Below, in pieces: positions 25,028-32,000 of a stretch of 32,000 bases of DNA. The translations under genes and the position numbers were made by a program. The stretch spans positions 4,380,001 to 4,412,000 of the forward strand of contig NC_009664.2 in NCBI RefSeq assembly GCF_000017305.1, given 5' to 3'. Positions within the stretch are counted from its first letter, which is position 1, and the number at the start of each line of letters is the position of its first letter. The stretch comes from Kineococcus radiotolerans SRS30216 = ATCC BAA-149 (GTDB taxonomy: Bacteria > Actinomycetota > Actinomycetes > Actinomycetales > Kineococcaceae). The notes beneath the pieces are model-generated. The model was given only the letters and a program-made list of their open reading frames with translations, made no database searches and had not been told where the DNA came from.

Positions 25028-26095
25028 ATGGCGCTGCAGCAGGTGGGCGAGGAGTACGACGTCGTGGTCGTAGGAGGGGGTCCGGCAGGATTGAGCGCTG
25101 CGGTGGCCCTGGCCCGGTCCCGGCGAAGCGTCCTGGTCATCGACGCCGGTGAGCCCCGCAACTCCGCGGCGGGGCACGCCCACAACTACCTCGGGCGCGA
25201 GGGCGTCGTACCGGCGCAGCTGCTGTCCGACGGACGCGCGGAGGCCGTCGGCTACGGCGCCGAGGTTCTGACCGGTCGCGTCACCTCCCTACGCACTGTC
25301 CACCAGCACCCGGGGGCGAACGCCGGCGGGCGCGCAGGCCGTGGCGCAGGTCGGGTGCGGGACCACGGCTTCCTCGTCCAGCTGCAGGACGGCCGGACCG
25401 TCGCCGCCCGGCGGTTGCTGGTGACCACGGGGCTGGCCGATCAGCTGCCCGCGGTGCCCGGTTTGGCCCAGCGGTGGGGTCGTGACGTTCTGCACTGCCC
25501 GTACTGCCACGGCTGGGAGGTGCGCGACCAGGCGATCGGGGTGCTCGCCACCGCAGCGGCCGGCGTGCACCAGGCCCAGCTGTTTCGCCAGCTCAGCGCC
25601 ACCGTGACCCTCTTCACCCACAGCGGCCCCACTCTCAGCGTGGAGGAGGCCGAGGTGTTGGCCGCCCGTGACATCACCGTGGTCGAGGGGGAGGTGGTCG
25701 ACCTCGTCGTCGACGACGACCGGCTGCGCGGGGTGCGGCTGGAGTCGGGGAAGGTGGTCCCGCTGCAGGCCTTGGTCGCCGCCCCGTTCTTCGCGGCCAA
25801 CGCCGACCTGCTCACCGGCCTGGGGCTGGTGGTGAGCGAGATGCGGATGGGTGACGACGTCGTCGCCACCTACGTGGCTGCGGACCCCAGCGGTGCGACG
25901 GCGGTGCCCGGGGTGTGGGTGGCGGGCAACGTCGCCAACCCGCAAGCCCAAGTCGTCTCCTCCGCTGCCGCCGGCCTGACGGCTGGAGCGGCCATCAACG
26001 CCGACCTGATCGCCGAGGAGACCCGGGTCGCCGTCACGGCTCACCGCGCCAGGCTCGGTGACCAGCACGATCGGAAGGAGGACGCAGGTGAATGA
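25028..26095 (+). CDS. NAD(P)/FAD-dependent oxidoreductase (thioredoxin-reductase-like, CPYC motif)
   Basis: YDVVVVGGGPAGLSAA FAD-binding motif and HCPYCHGWE redox motif. The ATG at 25028 follows GGAGGCGAAGGA. The upstream part of track ORF 24620..26095 is antisense to the XRE gene. Confidence 0.9.
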   Translation: MALQQVGEEYDVVVVGGGPAGLSAAVALARSRRSVLVIDAGEPRNSAAGHAHNYLGREGVVPAQLLSDGRAEAVGYGAEVLTGRVTSLRTVHQHPGANAGGRAGRGAGRVRDHGFLVQLQDGRTVAARRLLVTTGLADQLPAVPGLAQRWGRDVLHCPYCHGWEVRDQAIGVLATAAAGVHQAQLFRQLSATVTLFTHSGPTLSVEEAEVLAARDITVVEGEVVDLVVDDDRLRGVRLESGKVVPLQALVAAPFFAANADLLTGLGLVVSEMRMGDDVVATYVAADPSGATAVPGVWVAGNVANPQAQVVSSAAAGLTAGAAINADLIAEETRVAVTAHRARLGDQHDRKEDAGE

Positions 26096-26849
26096 CCCCG
26101 GTGTCGACGTCTGGCGGATGTTCAGCCAGGAGTTCTGGGACGATCGCTACAGCGGGGCGCCCGTCTTCTCCGGCAACCCCAACCCCTGGCTGGTGCACCA
26201 CGCCGAAGACCTCACGCCCGGCACCGCGCTGGACGTGGGCAGCGGTGAAGGCGCGGACGTCTTGTGGCTGGCCTCGCGTGGCTGGCACGTCACCGGCGCC
26301 GACATCTCTCCTGTCGCCCTTGCCCGCTCAGCGCGCCTGGCCGAGCGGGCTGGTCCCCGGATCACTGCCCGCGTCACCTGGCAGCAGGCCGACATGCTCG
26401 ACTTCGATGCCCCCGAGAACAGCTTCGACCTGGTCTCGGCCCAGTTCATGCACCTGCCGGGCCCCACGCTGAAGGCCCTGCACCGCCGCCTCGCTGCAGC
26501 GGTCAAACCCGGGGGGACCCTGCTCCTCGTCCTGCACGTGCCCCCAGAGCCGGGAACGGGAAACCTCACCTTCCCCGCAGACATGTTCCCCACCGCCGAG
26601 CAGATGGCCTCCGTGCTCGACCCGGCGCGGTGGACCATCGACGCCGGTACCCACCAGCGCCCGGCGAACGACGCCACGAGCACGACGGGACACACCCACG
26701 ACGTCGTGCTCCACGCCGTCCGACGCCCTGCTCCGCCGCGCACGGCGACGACGGAACAGCGGGCCGTCAGCGGCTACTGGTCGCTGACCGAGGCCCGGTG
26801 GTCACCAGGGCCCGGCAAGGTCGTGGCAGACCGGCGCTGGCCGCAGTGA
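26088..26849 (+). CDS. class I SAM-dependent methyltransferase
   Basis: FWDDRY.., ALDVGSGEGADVLWLASRGWHVTGADIS (motif I) and DLVSAQFMH. The GTG at 26088 follows AAGGAGG by 6 nt and overlaps the oxidoreductase stop by 8 nt. Confidence 0.88.
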   Translation: MNDPGVDVWRMFSQEFWDDRYSGAPVFSGNPNPWLVHHAEDLTPGTALDVGSGEGADVLWLASRGWHVTGADISPVALARSARLAERAGPRITARVTWQQADMLDFDAPENSFDLVSAQFMHLPGPTLKALHRRLAAAVKPGGTLLLVLHVPPEPGTGNLTFPADMFPTAEQMASVLDPARWTIDAGTHQRPANDATSTTGHTHDVVLHAVRRPAPPRTATTEQRAVSGYWSLTEARWSPGPGKVVADRRWPQ

Positions 26850-27016
26850 CGTCACCGTGGCCACCCAGCGCCACCCCGTGCGTCCGGCAGGGCGGTTCCA
26901 CCAGCAGCTCATGGCGGGGCTGACACTCCCGTCCCGGCTTCGCCGCCCGACGTCGATGTCGTTCCCTCGCGGTCGTTCCACCACGGTCGTCCCCTCAAGC
27001 GCAAGGAGAAACTCGA

Positions 27017-27760
27017 ATGGCTGATCGTCTGGAAGGGCGCACTGCCCTGGTGACGGGATCCACCAGCGGTATCGGCCGCGCCGTCGCTGCTGTCCTCGCC
27101 GCTCGCGGTGCCCATGTCCTCGTCTCCGGCCGCGACGACACTCGGGGACGAGACGCCGTCCAGTCGCTGGTGAACGCAGGCGGCACGGCGGAGTACCTCC
27201 CTGCCGACCTCTCTGCAGCGAGTGGTGTGCGCGAGCTGGCCGACGCAGCTCTCGATCTGGCCGGCACGGTGGACATCCTCGTCAACAACGCCGGCGTCTT
27301 CTCCTTCGGCTCGACAGCCGGCAACAGCGAGATCGACATCGACCGCATGTACGCGATCAACGTCAAGGCGCCCTACCTCCTCGTCCAGGCACTGGCCCCG
27401 AAGATGGTCGAGCAGGGTTCGGGGACCATCGTCAACGTCCTCACCGGAGCGGCCCACCGGGGGTCGGTGACTGCAGGCCTGTACGGGTCGAGCAAAGCGG
27501 CCCTGCTGCTGCTCACCACCGCCTGGGCAGCTGAGTTCGGTCCTTCGGGAGTGCGGGTGAACGCTGTCAGTCCCGGGCCGATCCGGACCGAGGGCACAGC
27601 GAACGGTGCTGGCCTCGATGCGGTAGCTCGTGCCCTCCCGGCTCGGCGCCTGGGTGAACCCGTCGAGGTCGCTGCCGCAGTGGCGTTCCTGGCTTCGGAT
27701 GACGCCTCCTACATCCACGGGGCGATCCTGCCCGTCGACGGCGGGGCGATCGCTGCATGA
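27017..27760 (+). CDS. SDR family oxidoreductase
   Basis: TGSTSGIG, NNAG and YGSSK motifs. AAGGAGA upstream of the ATG. Confidence 0.93.
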   Translation: MADRLEGRTALVTGSTSGIGRAVAAVLAARGAHVLVSGRDDTRGRDAVQSLVNAGGTAEYLPADLSAASGVRELADAALDLAGTVDILVNNAGVFSFGSTAGNSEIDIDRMYAINVKAPYLLVQALAPKMVEQGSGTIVNVLTGAAHRGSVTAGLYGSSKAALLLLTTAWAAEFGPSGVRVNAVSPGPIRTEGTANGAGLDAVARALPARRLGEPVEVAAAVAFLASDDASYIHGAILPVDGGAIAA

Positions 27761-28707
27761 CGGCACCGACTCGGCTCCCTGACGAGCTGACTGCAACCTT
27801 GGGAGCCGACAACGGGGACAGTGACACGCCCGGGATCACCGGGTGCGGCTGGGGAGAGTGGAACGTCGTTGGGTGAAGGGCTCTTGGCGATCACCGGCAC
27901 CAGCGGAGCTGAACCGTTCTCGATCCTGTCACCGACATCGCCGTGCTGCCCACATCCCGGTCGACCGTCCGCCACGTCGCCGGACTCCCGCATCGACATC
28001 GTTTCCGTCTGAGCACTCGCACCGGACGCCGCGCTCCCGGCGTGTTTGCCGATGCCGTCCTGTCTGTCGGCTCCTCCTGGATGCCGCGCCCGGACCACGA
28101 AGCTCGCGACAACGGTGTTGGTCCACCCACCTGCTGCCGCTACCTCCACCAAGCGGTTGCCGTCCTCGCCCTCCGGGACACGAGCTCGCGATTCGGCGCT
28201 GCCGGCCGCCTGCGCCGCCAGGCACACCCACGTCAACCTCGCCGGCACCCTCATCAGCGCTCACCGCGTCGGTATCCCCGGGTCCAAGCACCACCACGAA
28301 GGGACGCCACCGCCGGCGGGTCCACCTCTGGTGGTCGGACGAGTACCGATGTCTTGTCGGTGACCTCACCACGCCCCACGCCTCCCACGGGGCGTGGCCG
28401 CGATGGGTGACGCCGGCGTCGGGGTGTGGCTCAGCTGCTCGCGGCGACCGCCCCACCGTCCGGGGATGCGCCACGTGGGGAACCGGCCGGCGACCGCGGT
28501 CCTCGCTCGCGGAGAACGTCACGGGTTGCGATGCTCGGGGATCACAGCGCGGGGTGCTCGTGAACCCGTTGAGCGGGCCCCCTGTGGCGAGAATCGAGCA
28601 CCGGCCGAGGATGCGCGTGCTTCGGCAGAACGACGGAGGTTGCGAAGGTCGATGCCCGGTGCCTGCTCACCCCCAGCCTGCCCCGCCACGGACACGGCGA
28701 GGGTCGA

Positions 28708-28728
28708 GGGTTCAGGGTTCAGGGTCCA
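28708..28728. repeat. 7-bp tandem repeat (gggttca, gggttca, gggtcca)
   Basis: Read directly. It lies about 95 nt beyond the stop of the GGDEF-EAL gene. Confidence 0.7.
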
Positions 28729-28820
28729 GGAGGGCGGGTCGTCGGTGCAGCGACGTGGTCGTGGTTCTCCTCGTCGTTCGACGTGTCGGCTGCCCCACGG
28801 CCACTTCGTGGCGAGATCGA

Positions 28821-31214
28821 TCAGAGCCCAGCCGTCGAGCGTGGGACGGCAACGGGTGCCGTGCCCGTGCTCCGGGTGGTGCTCCCACCTGCGGTGGCGA
28901 GCCAGTCGTCGAAGCCTTCGGCGGTCATGGGCCGGGCGTGGAGGTAGCCCTGGGTCTCGTCGCAGCCCAGGGCGTGCAAGGCGTGGAGCATCGTGGTGTC
29001 CTCGACGCCTTCGGCGATGACGCGCAGGCCCAGGCGGTGGGCGAGGGCGACGGTGCCGGCGACGATGTCGGCGGTGCGGGGGTTGGTCGTGACCTGCCGG
29101 GTGAGGGAGCGGTCCAGCTTCAGTTCGCTCGCGGGCAGGTCGTGCAGGTAGGCCAGGGAGGAGTACCCGCTGCCGTAGTCGTCGATGCTGATGTCGATGC
29201 CACGCCCGGCGAGGTCGTGCAGCCGGGCGATCGACTCCTGCGGGTCGGCCATGAGCGAGGTCTCGGTGACCTCCAGGACCAGGTCACGGGAATCGAGTCC
29301 GCTCTGCGCCAGCACTCCATCGACCAGGGGCAGCAGGTCCGGGTGGGAGAGGCAGGACGCGGAGAGGTTCACCGACATGCGCAGGCGGTGACCACGCCGG
29401 TGCCACTGCGCGGCCTGGCCGGCGGCTTCGCGCAGCACCTGGGCGGTGAGGTCGGGCATGAGGGCGTACTCCTCGACGAGGTCGAGGAAGCGGTCCGGGG
29501 TGAGCAGGCCCAGGCGCGGGTGCTGCCAGCGCACGAGGGCTTCGGCGCCGGCGACAGCGCCGCCCACGCCCAGCTGGGGCTGGTAGTGCACCGCGATGGC
29601 GCCGGCGTCGAGGTCGTCGACGGCGTCGGGGGAGTGCAGCAGGACCTTCAGCTCCTCCACCAGTCGTGCTCGCTGCTCATCGGCGAGCGCGGCGTCCTCG
29701 TCGTGCACGGCGACCCCGGCGCCGCCGGCGGTCTTGGCGCGGTACATCGCCGCGTCGGCGTGGCGCAGCAACTGCTCCGGGGTCTCGCCCGCGGCGGTGG
29801 CGATACCGACGCTGGCGCGCGCGAGCAGGCGCCGGCCGTCGATCAGCACCGGCGCCTGAGTGGCGTCCGCCAAGACGGCGAAGAGAGCCAGCGCCTCCTC
29901 GGTCGAGCTGCCGGGCAGCACGATGGCGAACTCGTCCCCTCCCAGGCGGGCGGAGACCGCCTGGGGTGGGCTGACCCGCTGGAGGAGGGCCCCGGCGCGG
30001 CGCAGCAGCTCGTCGCCCACGGCGTGCCCGAAGCGGTCGTTGACCTCCTTGAAGCCGTCGAGGTCGATGAGCATCAAGCTGACGGGGCGCCCGGTGCGGA
30101 GGTGCTCGTCCAGCGTGCGGTCCAGGGCGCGCCGGTTGGCGAGTCCTGTCAGGTCGTCGGTGAGGGCTTCACGGCGGGTGGTGACCAGATCAGCGAGGAG
30201 ACGGATCAGCTGCACTCCGCGCACCGAGACGCTCAGGCCCCCCAGGACACCGGCCACCACGCCCGCTCGGACCGCGTCCCCCGGGAGGTCGGCACCGATC
30301 GTGCCGGCCGCCGCGAGCACCGCGATGGAGGCCAGGAGCACGACGAACGAACCGGTGGTGGGGGCAGCAGTGGTCGCTGGTCGCGACAGCGGGGGAGCTG
30401 CGTGCACCACTGCGGCCACGGCCAGAGTCGTGATGGTGACGGTCCAGCCCACCTCCGAGAGCGGGCCGTTGCCCGCGGCGGCGACCGGGTCGTGGACGCC
30501 GGCCAGGTCGATGACCACGACGAGGCTGAAGGAGAGCACCAGCGCCCAGGCACGCGCGTCGCGGACCAGACCACCGAGGTTGAGCACGGTGGCGGCGCTG
30601 CCCAGCAGCACGATCTCCGCTGACGTCCGCAGCAGCCACAGCTGCTCCTGCCACATCGGCCACTGCGCGATGGGAGAACCGAGCACGGGCAGGAGCAGGT
30701 TGCCGATCGCGGTCAGGGTGAACGTGGCGCCGACGCCGTTGAGCCAATCGCCGGGCTCGGACAGCAGGGTTCCGTGGCGGTTCCAGCGCACGAGCCCCTG
30801 GTAGATCAGCGGACACGCGCTCAGGACGCCCAGTCCCAGGATCAGCCCGCCCGCGCCGGTGGCGCTCGAGGATCCGGTCAGGGAGAGGCAGTCGGCGATC
30901 CCCGCGCCGGCAGCCGCGGTGGTCGCCACCCAGGCCGCCCGGGAGAAGTAGCGCCAGACGGCCTCCTCGGGAGCGACGGTCCGGGCCCGCCACGTCAGCA
31001 CCACGGCGGCGGCGGCGAACATCACGACTCGACCCACCCCGCGCACGACCAGCACCGGCAGGGCCCAGGGATCCCCACCCGCAGGCGGGGCCAGCACCGT
31101 CCCGGTCGGCACGGCCACCTGGGTGACCAGTGCGACGACCGCTGTCGTCACGCACAGCAGCACCAGACGCACGGGTGCGTGCTCGATCGATCGACGTCGT
31201 GCGGACTCTTCCAC
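28821..31214 (-). CDS. membrane-bound GGDEF-EAL protein (putative diguanylate cyclase/phosphodiesterase) with about 10 N-terminal TM helices
   Basis: GGDEF domain (LTGLANRRAL.., DLDGFKEVND, RLGGDEFAIV) and EAL domain (AEALVRW, EVTE, DDYGSGYSSL, KLD, EGVE, QGY). The GTG start at 31214 has no clear SD, so the start is uncertain. Track ORF 27843..30623(+) is its antisense shadow. Confidence 0.93.
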   Translation of the reverse strand: MEESARRRSIEHAPVRLVLLCVTTAVVALVTQVAVPTGTVLAPPAGGDPWALPVLVVRGVGRVVMFAAAAVVLTWRARTVAPEEAVWRYFSRAAWVATTAAAGAGIADCLSLTGSSSATGAGGLILGLGVLSACPLIYQGLVRWNRHGTLLSEPGDWLNGVGATFTLTAIGNLLLPVLGSPIAQWPMWQEQLWLLRTSAEIVLLGSAATVLNLGGLVRDARAWALVLSFSLVVVIDLAGVHDPVAAAGNGPLSEVGWTVTITTLAVAAVVHAAPPLSRPATTAAPTTGSFVVLLASIAVLAAAGTIGADLPGDAVRAGVVAGVLGGLSVSVRGVQLIRLLADLVTTRREALTDDLTGLANRRALDRTLDEHLRTGRPVSLMLIDLDGFKEVNDRFGHAVGDELLRRAGALLQRVSPPQAVSARLGGDEFAIVLPGSSTEEALALFAVLADATQAPVLIDGRRLLARASVGIATAAGETPEQLLRHADAAMYRAKTAGGAGVAVHDEDAALADEQRARLVEELKVLLHSPDAVDDLDAGAIAVHYQPQLGVGGAVAGAEALVRWQHPRLGLLTPDRFLDLVEEYALMPDLTAQVLREAAGQAAQWHRRGHRLRMSVNLSASCLSHPDLLPLVDGVLAQSGLDSRDLVLEVTETSLMADPQESIARLHDLAGRGIDISIDDYGSGYSSLAYLHDLPASELKLDRSLTRQVTTNPRTADIVAGTVALAHRLGLRVIAEGVEDTTMLHALHALGCDETQGYLHARPMTAEGFDDWLATAGGSTTRSTGTAPVAVPRSTAGL

Positions 31215-31823
31215 CTAGGAACGATCGGAGGACGGACGAGGAGGCCCAAGGGGCTGATCGGGTCACGGCCTCGCCCGGAGTCGGAGGCGACTTCGACCCG
31301 GATGCGCTGGCCGAGGCTGAGGTCGGTGCCGGCACGGTGCTCCCGATGACCGGTGCTGCTCGAGGAGGCCCGCCGGCAGGGTCAGACCGGCCCTGGACGC
31401 CGCTGAACGTGCAGTCGGCGCGGCTGCTGTGGAGTTGCTCCCCGCCTCGGTGCTGCCGCAGGGGAGCACCACGACGCCCCCGCCCAGCGGGATCGGGTCC
31501 TCAGTGACCGTCTCGATGCCTGCGGGGACCGCCGTCGCTTCGCTGGCGATCGCGCTGCGAGCCGGCACGCGGGTGAGGGGCCCACCGCTGAGCGGGCCCG
31601 TGCGGAAGCGCTGCGTGCTGAGCGCAGCACTCGAGCTGGTCGCCTGCTGAGGCCACGACGGCGGCCCCGACGCCCCGACCTGCGTCATCGCCTGCGGGGA
31701 CCTGCTGCGGCTCGCTGGTTCTGCCGGTGATCAGGGATGCGGTCGCGCTGACAGGAGCAGGCCGGACCGGTGCGCTCAGCGCGATCGTGGACCCTGGACC
31801 CGGTTCACGGCGGTGACCTGTGC

Positions 31824-32000
31824 TCATCGACGTCCCGGGAGGGTGGAGTGGCGCAGCGCGTGTCCACGTTGCACCGGGAGCCAGCACAGCTCGCCGCCGG
31901 TGTTCGCCTGTACCCCGACGGCGCCGCTCGGCTGGGCGCGGTGTCCGACCTCAGGCTGGTCCACACCGGTCTCGGTCACGACCCGCGCCGCAAGGCCGTG
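31824..32000 (-). CDS. 3' end of an unidentified gene entering from beyond the window
   Basis: The open frame reads ..HGLAARVVTETGVDQPEVGHRAQPSGAVGVQANTGGELCWLPVQRGHALRHSTLPGRR and ends at TGA 31824-31826. That TGA overlaps an ATG at 31827 (ATGA). I see no family match. Confidence 0.35.
   Translation of the reverse strand, partial: HGLAARVVTETGVDQPEVGHRAQPSGAVGVQANTGGELCWLPVQRGHALRHSTLPGRR

Noticed and set aside
27843-30623. 926-aa plus-strand ORF
   Set aside because: It is antisense to the clearly recognisable GGDEF-EAL gene and has a low-complexity Gly/Arg/Val composition. The same reasoning applies to 5478..6425(+), 17813..18790(-), 22590..23456(+), 16884..17816(-) and 25289..26068(-).
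1-32000. CRISPR arrays, rRNA and tRNA genes
   Set aside because: I saw no regularly spaced repeats of 24-40 bp with unique spacers. The tandem repeats present are 7-15 bp with no spacers. No rRNA-like or cloverleaf-compatible segments were found by eye.

Overview
High-GC, actinobacterial-type chromosomal DNA (Lsr2, DUF385/F420-type oxidoreductases and a CG0192/maltokinase-cap-like protein are typical of that phylum). I read it as an accessory, partly decayed region. Confident genes: a Zn alcohol dehydrogenase, two SDRs, an extended-SDR epimerase-like protein, an enoyl-CoA hydratase, a TrxR-like flavoprotein, a SAM methyltransferase, an MFS pump, a 10-TM GGDEF-EAL protein, a translationally coupled CPBP protease / histidine kinase / NarL-type regulator operon, and many one-component regulators (2 intact TetR plus 1 degenerate, HxlR, MarR, XRE-cupin). 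Most regulators sit next to clear palindromic operator candidates. Several genes look broken: a frameshifted alpha/beta hydrolase, a DUF1016 nuclease gene frameshifted by a 7-bp triplication, a 5'-truncated lsr2, a degenerate TetR and two transposase remnants. I did not recognise a complete known defence or mobile system. The candidates most worth a second look are: (1) a same-orientation intergenic repeat, GCGGGATGACCGTGA, with 5 to 6 copies in the first 5.5 kb; (2) a 320-aa protein built from three tandem ~100-aa repeats of no family I recognise; (3) a decayed island at about 6.4-10.7 kb ending in ~0.9 kb of non-coding DNA with iteron-like repeats; (4) the CPBP-HK-RR three-gene module; (5) a perfect 22-bp-arm palindrome at 20436-20489. 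All family calls come from motif recognition by eye. No searches were run, and start codons and frameshift positions are approximate.
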